A stretch of DNA of 64,000 bases, taken from IMG/VR virus record IMGVR_UViG_3300027906_000003, positions 32,001 to 96,000 of that record, one strand, 5' to 3'. This DNA is from a virus. Position numbers and translations under genes: made by a program. A model generated the notes under the pieces. That model was given only the letters and a program-made list of their open reading frames with translations. It was not told the origin of the DNA and ran no database searches. Shown one piece after another: positions 49,520-59,763 of this stretch. Positions within the stretch are counted from its first letter, which is position 1. The number at the start of each line of letters is the position of its first letter.

Positions 49520-50583
49520 AAATAGCATTGCTGAATGACACACACGCAGGTGTCCGAGGTGATATGGAGGCAATGGCCAAATACCAAGGTCGTTTCTATG
49601 AAGAAATATTCTTCCCATATCTAAAAGAAAACAATATAGACCATATCATTCATTTGGGTGATTACTTCGATAGAAGGAAGTATGTAAACTTTGCAACTCT
49701 AAAAGCCAATAGAGAACACTTTATAGAACCCTTAATAAAAAATGATATCTCTATGGACTTAATCATAGGGAATCATGACACTTATTATAAGTCTACAAAT
49801 GATGTCAATGCACCACAACTATTGTTATTCAATGAGGCAAACATAAATGTAATTACAGAACCTTGTGTAAATGAATACGATGGTTTTAATATTGCAATGG
49901 TACCTTGGATTAATCCTGAAAACTATGCTGAGACTGTAGAATTTTTAAGAGCTGCAGAGGCAAGTTGGTGTATGGGTCATTTTGAGTTCGAAGGAGCTTT
50001 GATGATGCCAGGCATGACATGTCAACATGGATTTGACCACTCTTATGTAAAGAGATTTGAAAAAGTTTTATCAGGTCATTTTCATCAGAAATCAGAGTTT
50101 GCAAATATCAGATATCTAGGAAGTCAAATGCAATTTACTTGGTCAGATTATGGAGACCAAAAGTATTTTCATATCTTTGATACTGATACACAAGAACTAA
50201 CACCAGTTTTAAACCCATTAACATTATTTGAGAAAGCCTTTTATGATGATTCTAAAGAATCATTTGAGACTATTGCAAATGCAGACTACAGTAATTATGC
50301 AGGAAAGTTTACAAAAGTTATTGTAGTTAATAAAGACAACCCTTATTGGTTTGATACTTTCTTAGATAAGATACACGCAGAAGGACCTCTTCATGTTTCT
50401 GTTGTTGATGATAATAAACATATGGACTTCTTCGAAGATGATGAGATAGAAGATGTTGAAGATACTCTTACTATACTTTCAAAGTATGTTGATTCACTAG
50501 ACATACAAGGAAAGAAAAAACCCCTTAACGATATTATGCAAGGGTTATATAATGAAGCACTTGATGAACACTCTTACTTATGA
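49516..50583 (+). CDS. gp47: Recombination endonuclease gp47 (Mre11-like)
   Basis: DTH.G, LGDYFDRRK, GNHD, SGHFH. Confidence 0.95.
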   Translation: MKIALLNDTHAGVRGDMEAMAKYQGRFYEEIFFPYLKENNIDHIIHLGDYFDRRKYVNFATLKANREHFIEPLIKNDISMDLIIGNHDTYYKSTNDVNAPQLLLFNEANINVITEPCVNEYDGFNIAMVPWINPENYAETVEFLRAAEASWCMGHFEFEGALMMPGMTCQHGFDHSYVKRFEKVLSGHFHQKSEFANIRYLGSQMQFTWSDYGDQKYFHIFDTDTQELTPVLNPLTLFEKAFYDDSKESFETIANADYSNYAGKFTKVIVVNKDNPYWFDTFLDKIHAEGPLHVSVVDDNKHMDFFEDDEIEDVEDTLTILSKYVDSLDIQGKKKPLNDIMQGLYNEALDEHSYL

Positions 50584-52295
50584 TAACATTTAGGAATATT
50601 AAATACAAAAATTTACTATCGTCTGGTAATACCTTTACCGAAATATCTTTAGATTCTAATGATACTACACTTATTCTTGGTGAGAATGGTGCAGGTAAAT
50701 CTACCTTACTTGATGCACTATGTTTTGCATTATATGGTAAAGGGTTTAGAAATCTTAAAAAAGACTTATTAGTTAACTCACTTAATCAAAGAGATTTATT
50801 AGTAGAGTTAGAATTTTCAATTGGCAAAAGAGATTACAAAGTAATTCGTGGTGCCAAACCAAACAAGTTTGAATTGTATCTTAATGACACTTTCATTAAT
50901 CAAGATGCAACCGTCAAAGACTACCAAGAACACTTAGAGAAGAACATACTCAAAATGAGTTATCGTTCTTTTACACAGGTGGCAATATTAGGTTCTGCCA
51001 ACTTTACTCCTTTTATGCAGTTAAAAGCATTACATAGAAGAAAGTTAGTTGAAGACCTACTTGATATATCAATCTTTTCAACCATGATGGAGATTCTTCG
51101 TAAGAAGATTGCAAGTCATAAAGTTGAATTGAAAGATACTGAACATGAGATTGACTTATTAGAAGAGAGAGTCTCAGGACTCAATGAACAACTCAATGCA
51201 CTCCGTGAAAATCGTAATGAAAAACTTGAAAAGTTTCAACACAATGTTGATGAAACAGAAACAAACATTACAAAACTTTTAGGAGACATAGATGAAAAGA
51301 CGCAAGATGTGGTGGAGAAAAAATCCTCAATCGATAATAAAGACACGACTGAGACTAGACTCAAACAAGTTGTTGACATGGAGGCTAAACTTGAAGACGC
51401 TAGAAGAAAAGCAATTAAAGACATTAAATTCTATGAAGACAATGACAATTGTCCAACATGCAAACAAGGTTTAGAACATGAACACAAAGAGAAATGTATA
51501 CAGGAAAAACAAACTAAGATTGCAGAAATCAAGGAGGCGGTGTCAACACTCGAAGAGCAAGTCACAGAAATCAATGGTGAACTACAACGAATCAACGGAG
51601 TCCAAGACGACATAAACACTATTCAAAAAGAAATTGGTTTATTACAGGCAGAAATAACATCTAATCAAAAATATACTCAGAAGATTAACAAAGAGATTGA
51701 TGAGTTAAAGAATGAAGTAAATGCAAATGATGATGTTCAGGATAAGATTGATGATGTTGAAGAGAAGTTAAACATACTACATTCTAAAAAAGAATCTATG
51801 GTTGAGAAAGAACATTACTATGATATTGCATCAATGTTATTAAGAGACCAAGGTGTTAAACAAAAGATTATTAAACAGTATGTTCCTATTATGAATAAAC
51901 TTATTAATAAGTATCTTGCACAATTAGAATTCTATGTGGGGTTTGAATTGAATGAGGCATTCGAAGAGACTATTAAGTCCAGATTTAGAGACGAATTCAA
52001 ATACGATAACTTTTCACAAGGAGAAAAGATGAGAATTGACCTTGCATTACTATTCACATGGAGAAGTGTTGCAAGAATGAAGAACTCGGTTAACACTAAC
52101 TTGTTGATATTAGATGAAGTTTTTGATTCTTCACTTGATGCACAAGGTACCGATGACTTCTTTAAGTTGTTGCATACACTTACAGAGAAAACCAATTGTT
52201 TTATTATCTCACATAAAGGTGATGCACTATATGATAAGTTTGAAAATGTTTTAAGATTTGAAAAACATAAGAACTTCTCCAGACTCGCAAGTTAA
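50580..52295 (+). CDS. gp46: Recombination ATPase gp46 (Rad50-like)
   Basis: GENGAGKST, CPTC zinc hook, FSQGEKMRIDLA, LILDEVFD. Confidence 0.95.
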   Translation: MITFRNIKYKNLLSSGNTFTEISLDSNDTTLILGENGAGKSTLLDALCFALYGKGFRNLKKDLLVNSLNQRDLLVELEFSIGKRDYKVIRGAKPNKFELYLNDTFINQDATVKDYQEHLEKNILKMSYRSFTQVAILGSANFTPFMQLKALHRRKLVEDLLDISIFSTMMEILRKKIASHKVELKDTEHEIDLLEERVSGLNEQLNALRENRNEKLEKFQHNVDETETNITKLLGDIDEKTQDVVEKKSSIDNKDTTETRLKQVVDMEAKLEDARRKAIKDIKFYEDNDNCPTCKQGLEHEHKEKCIQEKQTKIAEIKEAVSTLEEQVTEINGELQRINGVQDDINTIQKEIGLLQAEITSNQKYTQKINKEIDELKNEVNANDDVQDKIDDVEEKLNILHSKKESMVEKEHYYDIASMLLRDQGVKQKIIKQYVPIMNKLINKYLAQLEFYVGFELNEAFEETIKSRFRDEFKYDNFSQGEKMRIDLALLFTWRSVARMKNSVNTNLLILDEVFDSSLDAQGTDDFFKLLHTLTEKTNCFIISHKGDALYDKFENVLRFEKHKNFSRLAS

Positions 52296-52303
52296 TATAA
52301 ATA
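52296..52303 (+). promoter_or_regulatory. T4-type late promoter TATAAATA
   Basis: Exact consensus 5 nt before ATG 52309. Confidence 0.75.
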
Positions 52304-52308
52304 GTATT

Positions 52309-53793
52309 ATGAAATCTTTTCAACAATACACCACACCAAAACTAGAAGAAACTAGATTAGACTTACCTAAGCCTAAACTTATGGAAGCTTCTATTCTTAA
52401 ACCTGATTATGTTATAGGTCATAAGTTCTTATATAAAGGTGGAATATCTGAAATGGATAAAGAAGGATTCGTATACGGAGATATCTTTACTGCAGTAAAA
52501 CCAAACAACAATAACATCTTTATAGGAAAAGAAGATGGTGAATTTGAGAAATGGTTAGAATGCAACGGTAAGACCTTTCATATTAAAGGTTCTAAATCAT
52601 ACAAATCAGGTGATTTCAATCATGTAAAAGAAAGTGGTGATACACCAAGTGGTGCTCAGTGGGAAGAACTTATCATCTTTGAATACAATAAACTTAACAG
52701 ACAGAAAAACGAAAAGGAAATAATACAAACTGCAGAAAGATTTGCATTACATTTACCACAGGCAAAAGAAATTGCAAAGAACTTTAATAAGAATCTATCA
52801 GAAAAAAGATTAGTTTCAACAGGTAAGGGTGGAATATCGGTAAGTCTATCTAACATTTATACTAGTGCGGGTGCTTCAAACAAAACACCGAAAACAGATA
52901 TTGCAGGTTCATCCTTTAAAGAAAAGATATCACTTAAAAAAGAGGGTGGTTCTCAGTTAATGTCAGGTTCAAAAGGTGAGGCAATTGCAACTGTAAACGC
53001 TGCCTTATCACAAATGGGTGAACATAAACCTTTTGCAAAGGGGTTAACTAAGGCAATGGAAGAAGGAATGTCTTCTTTAATAACCAGAGAAACAGTCACA
53101 TCATTAAACAAAAGGATAAAAGATGGTGAGTCAGACGAGGCAATCGTTGACTTCCAAAAGAAAGATACAGACAATAGAGAGTTAACTAATCTATTAGGTT
53201 CATACATTAACAATGATAGTGCCGCGAACAAATTATTCTCACTCAATATTATATTAGAGGCCTCAACAGGCAATGTTAAATTTGATGGTGGACAGGCCTC
53301 AGCAAATCTACTAGGTAAGTTTTCAGTTAAAGACTCATCAGTTCAAGTAGAACCAATAACATCTATCAACGATAGTATAATTAAAAAGTATGCAGGTTCA
53401 GTAAGACCTTATGTTGCATTCAAAAAGGGTGGTGGCAATTCAGCAGCTTATTCTGCTATGAGATTATCACTTAGAGAACAAGGTATAGAAAATTTACAGA
53501 CATTGGTATTAAATGAGATAAATGGTATTGACGAATTCAATACTCTTCTTACAGAAGACTTCTTAGAAGAAGGAGCATTAGATATGATTAAGAGAGCAGG
53601 CAGTTGGGCAAAAGATTTAGGTCCTAAGGTTTGGAACAAGTTTCAGAATATGATTAAGAAAGTAATGCAGTCTATTACTAAAGCACTAAATAAAATTGCA
53701 AGTATGGGCAAAAGGATGTTCGAATCATTAATGAATTTTTTAGGACTAGAAATTAGTCATGTTAATAATGTTCCAGTGAATGTAAGTTTATAA
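52309..53793 (+). CDS. Late-expressed hypothetical protein, possible internal head protein with nuclease-like motif
   Basis: MKSFQQY...LEE N-terminus; TPKTDI...KISLKK motif. Confidence 0.55.
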   Translation: MKSFQQYTTPKLEETRLDLPKPKLMEASILKPDYVIGHKFLYKGGISEMDKEGFVYGDIFTAVKPNNNNIFIGKEDGEFEKWLECNGKTFHIKGSKSYKSGDFNHVKESGDTPSGAQWEELIIFEYNKLNRQKNEKEIIQTAERFALHLPQAKEIAKNFNKNLSEKRLVSTGKGGISVSLSNIYTSAGASNKTPKTDIAGSSFKEKISLKKEGGSQLMSGSKGEAIATVNAALSQMGEHKPFAKGLTKAMEEGMSSLITRETVTSLNKRIKDGESDEAIVDFQKKDTDNRELTNLLGSYINNDSAANKLFSLNIILEASTGNVKFDGGQASANLLGKFSVKDSSVQVEPITSINDSIIKKYAGSVRPYVAFKKGGGNSAAYSAMRLSLREQGIENLQTLVLNEINGIDEFNTLLTEDFLEEGALDMIKRAGSWAKDLGPKVWNKFQNMIKKVMQSITKALNKIASMGKRMFESLMNFLGLEISHVNNVPVNVSL

Positions 53794-53796
53794 AAT

Positions 53797-54399
53797 ATGT
53801 ATCAATTAGTAGAAGAAGCCAGTAAAGTATTAAGACAACCACCAGAGATTTTCGATTTTGAAAATCCACCAGAAGACCCAAAAGAAATTGAAAAGAATAT
53901 GGCAGAAGCCATGGATAAATTTGGTGGTCTTGGTTTATCTGCAAATCAGGTTGGACTTCCATACAGAATGTTCGTAATGAGAACACAAGACGGAACTCAG
54001 GCATTCTTCAATCCAGAACTAACAAAAGTATCACAAGAAACAGACCTACTTAAAGAGGGTTGTTTATCATTTCCAGATATTTACTTAATGATTAAAAGAA
54101 GTAAAGTAGTTGAAATGAAATATTATGATGCCGAAGGAGAGGAACATATAACTACACTTGACGGAATAGGTTCAAGATGTGTTCAACATGAGATAGACCA
54201 TTTAAATGGTATACTCTTCTTACAAAGAGCTTCTAAATTGAAGTTAGAAAGAGCATTAAAAGTAAGACCAAAAGAGAGAAGAAAAAGAATAGATTTCGAA
54301 AGACGACAAGCCTTTGCTCGTGCCTTACAAGAAGCACAACAGGAAAAAGAAAATAATGAATCAAGTGAATCCACAGGAGAAAAAGCAGTATCAGCCTGA
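53797..54399 (+). CDS. def: Peptide deformylase
   Basis: GLGLSANQVG, EGCLS, QHEIDHLNG. Confidence 0.95.
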   Translation: MYQLVEEASKVLRQPPEIFDFENPPEDPKEIEKNMAEAMDKFGGLGLSANQVGLPYRMFVMRTQDGTQAFFNPELTKVSQETDLLKEGCLSFPDIYLMIKRSKVVEMKYYDAEGEEHITTLDGIGSRCVQHEIDHLNGILFLQRASKLKLERALKVRPKERRKRIDFERRQAFARALQEAQQEKENNESSESTGEKAVSA

Positions 54400-55045
54400 G
54401 ATTTATCTTGTAGATAGTTTTACACAAGACGAATGTTGGTTTCTGATAGACTGGTTCAAACACAATAGAGACCTATGTTCTGTAGGTTCATCTTTTGATT
54501 ATAGTGCAATCACAAAACACACAATCTTAGATAATCGTGTAAGAAAACTTTTTAATCGTATGACATTCGATAACATATCATTTCTTAACGAACTCTTACA
54601 TAAAAACTATTATCCTGAAATGTCACTATTGGCAGAATGGCCTATCGGAGGTCAACAACACCCACATGTAGATACATATTCCACATATGAAGTTGATAAA
54701 CCAGATGAGGAATTACAAGGTCATTTAGCTAATAATACTGCAAGTTTCGTAAAAAAAGAAGACCCAAATCGTGAATGGACTAGTATAACCTATCTGAATA
54801 CCAACTATAATGGTGGGGAAACATGGTTTCCAGAGTTCGCACAGTCGTTTTATGGTGATTCCTACAGACACAAACCAATACAAGGTCAATCGGTCATCTT
54901 CCGTGGTGTCTCCACGCTACATGGAGTCTCTCCAGTGAGACGGAACAGTCGATATACTATTGCACAATGGTATACTAGCAAACAAGAGAATATACTCACC
55001 GACCTTACTACCGAAGACATTCGTCTAACTCAATTCGACCTTTAA
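54356..55045 (+). CDS. 2OG-Fe(II) oxygenase (prolyl 4-hydroxylase-like)
   Basis: HPHVD, YLNTNYNGGET.F, HGV.PV...RYTIAQW; start approximate. Confidence 0.85.
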   Translation: MNQVNPQEKKQYQPEIYLVDSFTQDECWFLIDWFKHNRDLCSVGSSFDYSAITKHTILDNRVRKLFNRMTFDNISFLNELLHKNYYPEMSLLAEWPIGGQQHPHVDTYSTYEVDKPDEELQGHLANNTASFVKKEDPNREWTSITYLNTNYNGGETWFPEFAQSFYGDSYRHKPIQGQSVIFRGVSTLHGVSPVRRNSRYTIAQWYTSKQENILTDLTTEDIRLTQFDL

Positions 55046-55083
55046 TCTAGGCGTTGCCAATGCGTATCATCTTTTGATACCAT
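55043..55083 (+). promoter_or_regulatory. Early promoter, repeated family copy 1
   Basis: TAATCTAGGCG-TTGCCA-18 bp-TACCAT with internal GTATCA-N5-TGATAC palindrome. Confidence 0.7.
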
Positions 55084-55111
55084 GGTTGCATAGATTGAAA
55101 AAGGAGACGAA

Positions 55112-55306
55112 ATGAGTAATACAGTAAATGACAACATTAAAGAAGGAATCGCAGACGATGTGTGTGCAATGGCCGCTGATGATATATGGAATGTGATTTT
55201 TGCAATCGCAAATGATTATGGAATAGACAAACTTCCATATACCAAAGATAATGATACTTTCATTGATACATTAATTGCACTGAAAGTTGCAGACTTAGGT
55301 ATATAA
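55112..55306 (+). CDS. Hypothetical early protein
   Basis: AAGGAG SD; flanked by two promoter repeats. Confidence 0.7.
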   Translation: MSNTVNDNIKEGIADDVCAMAADDIWNVIFAIANDYGIDKLPYTKDNDTFIDTLIALKVADLGI

Positions 55307-55344
55307 TCTAGGCGTTGACAAAGCATATCACTTTTTGATACCAT
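55304..55344 (+). promoter_or_regulatory. Early promoter, repeated family copy 2
   Basis: TAATCTAGGCG-TTGACA-18 bp-TACCAT, 6 nt before ATG 55351. Confidence 0.8.
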
Positions 55345-55350
55345 ATACAC

Positions 55351-57720
55351 ATGACTGAGAGATTAAAAACCCAAAAAGACAACCTTGCAAAATTACTTGC
55401 AAAGGAAAACTTAACAATTGTGCATAGGAAAGTTCCTACTGCATACTTTGATTTGAAGAATAGACTATTATGTTGTCCTATTCTTAAAGAAGATATATCT
55501 TCTGAACTTTATGACTTGTTTATGGGTCACGAAGTTTCTCATGCACTGAATACTCCTTATGAGGGTGTTCATTCTGCAGTCTCAAAAAACAGAACACTTA
55601 AAGGATATCTTAATGTTGTAGAAGATGTCAGAATTGAGAGAATGATTAAAGACACATATCCTGGTCTTAGAAAATCATTCTTCAAAGCATATAACGAATT
55701 AATGGATATCGATTTCTTCGGTATTAAAGAAAAGAATTTACAAGAACTTTCACTGATTGATAAAATTAATCTGATTACAAAATGTGGTTCAAGGATTCAA
55801 ATAAAACTTTCTAAAGTTGAACAAGAATTTTTAGATTGGGCAATTAGATGTGAGACATGGGAAGAAGTTGAAGAATGTGCAACTGCAATCTATGAATGGT
55901 CAAAAGAAAATGAGACAAGAACTTCTGATGATGAGAAGTTAATTCCTCAAATGTTCGATATTGGTGATGATGAAGAGTCAGATGAAGATGAAGAAGAAAA
56001 CATGGAAGACTTCGGTGAAGATTCAGATTCTTATGAAGACCCTTATGAAGATTCAAATGAAGAAGATGATGATAATCTTCCAGATATAGATGATGGTGAT
56101 TCTGAGGGTGATGAAGAAGCTGAAGAAGAAGAAGTAGAAGAGAGAAAAGCTACTGGTAAAAAAGGTGGTGAGGGTTTCGGTCCAGAAAATTACGATGATG
56201 AAGATGGTGCTAGAGAGTCTATTACAGAACACAATGCACATAACAATGAAGGCCAATTTATTTCAGAAGATAATGTGGTTGTTAGTCACATCAACATGAA
56301 AGAAATCATGAATAGTGAGAACATCAAAGACATTGTTTATCCTTACAAAAAAGTTAGACAAGATTGGAAATGGTTCTTCGAAGGAAAAGACAAGTATGGA
56401 AAAGAGGTTGATTATCAGACTGATAAAGACCTTGCAAAGATTAAAACAATGGCAGAGAGAAGTGCCAAGAAATTAGTTGATAAGAATAAAAAAGTTGTAA
56501 TGCACATGGCAAAAGAGTTCGAAATGAAAGCAGCTGCCTATGCTCAAGCACACGCATTCACTGGTAAGACTGGTAAGTTAGATATGAATAGACTTGCTAA
56601 GTATCAAATCGTTGATGATGTTTTCAAAAGAATGACATATCTTCCAGAAGGAAAGAATCATGGTGTTCAAGTTCTACTTGACTGGTCTGGTTCTATTTCA
56701 AATGAAGTTATGGACTTATTAGAGCAATCATTAGTTCTTGCAATGTTCTGTAAAAAGGTTGATATACCTTTCAGAGTTTATTTGTTCTCAGACCAAATTG
56801 GTTATAATGAGCAGTATGGTTGGGATACTGATAGAAGTAAAGTTGGTCTTGTAGAAATGTTATCAAATGAAATGAAGTCAAAAGAATACTTAGACGCACT
56901 TACAATTATGGGTGGTCTTTATAATGAGTTCTATTGTTCAAACATTGGTAGTTATCATAGCAGACACTTTGAAAAAAAGGCTACAGCATACAATGAGTGG
57001 TTTCATGGTGTTGACTGGATTGACCCCGATGGATATTTCTGGAACACAAGATACAATCACCCAAATGGATATGGATTGGGTGGAACTCCTCTTGACCAGT
57101 GTTTAGTTGGCCTAAGAAGATTGATTCCAGAATTCAACAAGCAGTATGGTATTGAGAAATCAATTTTAACAATCATTACAGATGGTTACAGTCATAGAGC
57201 AGATTGTCTTTATCAAAGTCAAGAAGAGTCAGAACAAATCAAAGAACAATTAGATGGTGCTGACCATTGGGATGTGACAAAGATTAGAAAAATTGTTGAC
57301 CCATATTCTGGTAGAGTCCATGACTATGAACAAACAAGATATTATGGAAGTGATTTCATGAGAACTACAAATCTTTTAGAGTGGTTGAAATCAGAAACAG
57401 GAGTCACAACAACAGGATACTTTGTTTGTGGCAGAAAATCCGACTTTCAAGATTTATTGTCTGCCATAGGAAAACTTGATGCTGATAATCAAGCCAAATG
57501 GTTAGAGACTAGAAGAACTGGTACCGTTTGGGAAACCAAAGGATACGGAAAACTATTCACAACTGCAGCGACAACTTTAGTTGTTGGTGGTGAAGACGAA
57601 CTTGACGATGAATTAGTCGGTGCGAAGAAAGGTAAATTAACAACTGCCTTTAAGAAAAACCAAAAGACTAAAACAACATCAAGATTTTTAACTAACGAAT
57701 TTATCAAGGAGATAGCATAA
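55351..57720 (+). CDS. CobT-like VWA protein with N-terminal HExxH domain
   Basis: GHEVSHAL, NVVED.RIE, acidic linker, LLDWSGS (MIDAS), GGTPL, ITDG. Confidence 0.85.
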   Translation: MTERLKTQKDNLAKLLAKENLTIVHRKVPTAYFDLKNRLLCCPILKEDISSELYDLFMGHEVSHALNTPYEGVHSAVSKNRTLKGYLNVVEDVRIERMIKDTYPGLRKSFFKAYNELMDIDFFGIKEKNLQELSLIDKINLITKCGSRIQIKLSKVEQEFLDWAIRCETWEEVEECATAIYEWSKENETRTSDDEKLIPQMFDIGDDEESDEDEEENMEDFGEDSDSYEDPYEDSNEEDDDNLPDIDDGDSEGDEEAEEEEVEERKATGKKGGEGFGPENYDDEDGARESITEHNAHNNEGQFISEDNVVVSHINMKEIMNSENIKDIVYPYKKVRQDWKWFFEGKDKYGKEVDYQTDKDLAKIKTMAERSAKKLVDKNKKVVMHMAKEFEMKAAAYAQAHAFTGKTGKLDMNRLAKYQIVDDVFKRMTYLPEGKNHGVQVLLDWSGSISNEVMDLLEQSLVLAMFCKKVDIPFRVYLFSDQIGYNEQYGWDTDRSKVGLVEMLSNEMKSKEYLDALTIMGGLYNEFYCSNIGSYHSRHFEKKATAYNEWFHGVDWIDPDGYFWNTRYNHPNGYGLGGTPLDQCLVGLRRLIPEFNKQYGIEKSILTIITDGYSHRADCLYQSQEESEQIKEQLDGADHWDVTKIRKIVDPYSGRVHDYEQTRYYGSDFMRTTNLLEWLKSETGVTTTGYFVCGRKSDFQDLLSAIGKLDADNQAKWLETRRTGTVWETKGYGKLFTTAATTLVVGGEDELDDELVGAKKGKLTTAFKKNQKTKTTSRFLTNEFIKEIA

Positions 57721-57896
57721 TGGAAGTTATATTAAACGAAGACGATTATAGAGAATTTACTCAGAGAGTAGATATCGCATCATCAAAAGGTGTTGATGTT
57801 CCTCACATGGTCGAAACAATAGGTGACAAATTTAAAATCACTTTATTGGAAAAGATTGATGTGGATTTATTAGACGAAATTACAGAGGTTCAGTAA
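57720..57896 (+). CDS. Hypothetical protein (58 aa)
   Basis: Hand-translated MEVILNEDDYREF...EITEVQ; TAATG coupling at both ends; AAGGAG SD. Confidence 0.65.
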   Translation: MEVILNEDDYREFTQRVDIASSKGVDVPHMVETIGDKFKITLLEKIDVDLLDEITEVQ

Positions 57897-58165
57897 TGAG
57901 AGACCCATTAAAGGTAGATGAAGCCTATTATCATAATTTCGATAGTTCATATTCTAAATTTGCCGATGCGGTTATGGATGTTGGAGATAGCCCTTGTGTT
58001 AAATTCGAATGTCCAAGATTTAAGCAATGTGCTGAAGAAAAAGTAGAATGTAAAGCATTCAGATTTTGGGTTAACAATGGAGAAATGGAAACCTATTCTA
58101 AAAAAACTAAAGGTATGGTATCAATTGAAAAAGACTTAGAGAGGATTTTAAGAATCTGTGAATAA
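57896..58165 (+). CDS. Hypothetical Cys-rich protein
   Basis: PC...CP....C......C..F pattern, possibly metal-binding. Confidence 0.65.
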   Translation: MRDPLKVDEAYYHNFDSSYSKFADAVMDVGDSPCVKFECPRFKQCAEEKVECKAFRFWVNNGEMETYSKKTKGMVSIEKDLERILRICE

Positions 58166-58167
58166 GA

Positions 58168-58200
58168 GCGTTGACAATGCGTATCACTTTTTGTTACCAT
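58168..58200 (+). promoter_or_regulatory. Early promoter, repeated family copy 3
   Basis: GCG-TTGACA-ATGCGTATCACTTTTTGT-TACCAT. Confidence 0.8.
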
Positions 58201-58235
58201 ATCCAAATGATGAGAAATAACGAAATGGAGGCTAT

Positions 58236-59471
58236 ATGAGTTATTCAACAATGACGGAATCTGTATCAGTAAATGGTAAAGATTTCAGAATGAGTCCAGA
58301 CAGACAAGAATTTGTCGCGACTCTACAATCGGTCTATCCAGACCAAACTTCGTTCTCTAAAGAAGACTTAGAGAATGTTGGTGCAATACCCTATTGGGTT
58401 AAATCAACCAAATATCCATTCAGGAATTCTGATGCAACGATATTTGATTTATCTGCATTAATGACCAATGTCATTCCAATGCCAGTTAAACCTGCACCAG
58501 TTATGCCGACTTCACCAGCAATACCGTCTCAAATGCCGGTAGCTGCTCAAACTGAGTCGGTCAATATCTTAGAAGACAATGTTAAAATTGTTCCTGAGAA
58601 AATGTCTAATTATGTTCCTTTTGGTCATTTCAAAGATGTCAAAAACATAATCAAATCTGGAATATTCTTTCCAGTGTTTGTGACTGGTCTTTCAGGTAAT
58701 GGTAAAACTCTTATGATTGAACAAGTATGTGCGTCATTAAAGAGGGAACTTTTCAGAGTCAATGTCACTATTGAGACTGATGAAGATGATTTAATGGGTG
58801 GTCACACACTTGTTAATGGTAATATTACTTTCAGAGAGGGTCCTGTTATCAAAGCAATGAGAAAAGGTGCCGTTTTACTTCTTGATGAAGTAGATTTAGG
58901 TTCTAATAAACTCATGTGTTTACAATCAGTTCTTGAAGGAAAAGGTTATCTAATTAAGAAAACTGGAGAGTGGGTGACACCAAAACCAGGTTTCACAATT
59001 CTTGCAACTGCAAATACTAAAGGTCAAGGTTCAGAAGATGGCAAGTTCATAGGAACTCAAATCATGAATGAGGCGATGTTAGAAAGATTTGCAATCACTA
59101 TGCAACAAGAATATCCTCCAGTGACTACTGAGAGAAAAATTCTTGAAAAAGAAATGGCCTTAACAGGTGAAGTTGATTCAGAGTTCACAACCAAGTTGGT
59201 TGATTGGGCAGACATTATCAGAAAAACATTCTACGAGGGTGCTATCGATGATGTGATTACTACAAGAAGACTTGTTCACATAGTCAATGCGTTCAGAATG
59301 TTTAACGACAGAATGAAGTCCATTGAAATGTGTATTTCAAGGTTTGATGAAGAGACAAGAAACAGTATTCTTGACCTCTACACCAAAGTCGATGAGGGTG
59401 TTTCCTTAACAGAGGAAGAAAACCCCATTGACGAAACTGAGTCAGACGAGTATAATGGTTATGATGAGTAA
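58236..59471 (+). CDS. cobS: CobS-like / MoxR AAA+ ATPase
   Basis: GLSGNGKT, ETDEDDLMGG, LLLDEVD, ATANTKG.G, EAMLERF. Confidence 0.88.
   Translation: MSYSTMTESVSVNGKDFRMSPDRQEFVATLQSVYPDQTSFSKEDLENVGAIPYWVKSTKYPFRNSDATIFDLSALMTNVIPMPVKPAPVMPTSPAIPSQMPVAAQTESVNILEDNVKIVPEKMSNYVPFGHFKDVKNIIKSGIFFPVFVTGLSGNGKTLMIEQVCASLKRELFRVNVTIETDEDDLMGGHTLVNGNITFREGPVIKAMRKGAVLLLDEVDLGSNKLMCLQSVLEGKGYLIKKTGEWVTPKPGFTILATANTKGQGSEDGKFIGTQIMNEAMLERFAITMQQEYPPVTTERKILEKEMALTGEVDSEFTTKLVDWADIIRKTFYEGAIDDVITTRRLVHIVNAFRMFNDRMKSIEMCISRFDEETRNSILDLYTKVDEGVSLTEEENPIDETESDEYNGYDE
59428..59456 (+). promoter_or_regulatory. Sigma70-type promoter inside the cobS 3' end
   Basis: TTGACG-17 bp-TATAAT immediately before ATGATG at 59461. 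Confidence 0.6.
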
Positions 59472-59763
59472 TATTGATTACAAGTATAATGAGGACAACT
59501 TGATTAAAGAGTTGTCTTCATATATTGATAACACTTATGACCAACATTACTCACTCAACAAATACCAATCAACTGAGTTTATTATTGACTCAGGTCATGG
59601 TGAGGGTTTCTGTATCGGAAACATAATGAAATATGCACAACGATATGGTAAAAAAGGTGGGAAGAATAGGGCAGACTTACTTAAAGTAATTCATTATGCA
59701 ATATTCATGCTACATGTTCACGACAAAGCGATGAAGGAGGCTAACAGTGATGAAAATAAGTAA
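59461..59763 (+). CDS. DUF3310-like protein
   Basis: TYDQHY, GFCIGNIMKYAQRYGKK, DLLKVIHYA. Confidence 0.8.
   Translation: MMSNIDYKYNEDNLIKELSSYIDNTYDQHYSLNKYQSTEFIIDSGHGEGFCIGNIMKYAQRYGKKGGKNRADLLKVIHYAIFMLHVHDKAMKEANSDENK

Noticed and set aside
55351-59471. Cobalamin biosynthesis role for cobS/cobT-like genes
   Set aside because: No cobN or other cob genes. The pair fits a generic MoxR AAA+/VWA chaperone module common in T4-like marine phages.
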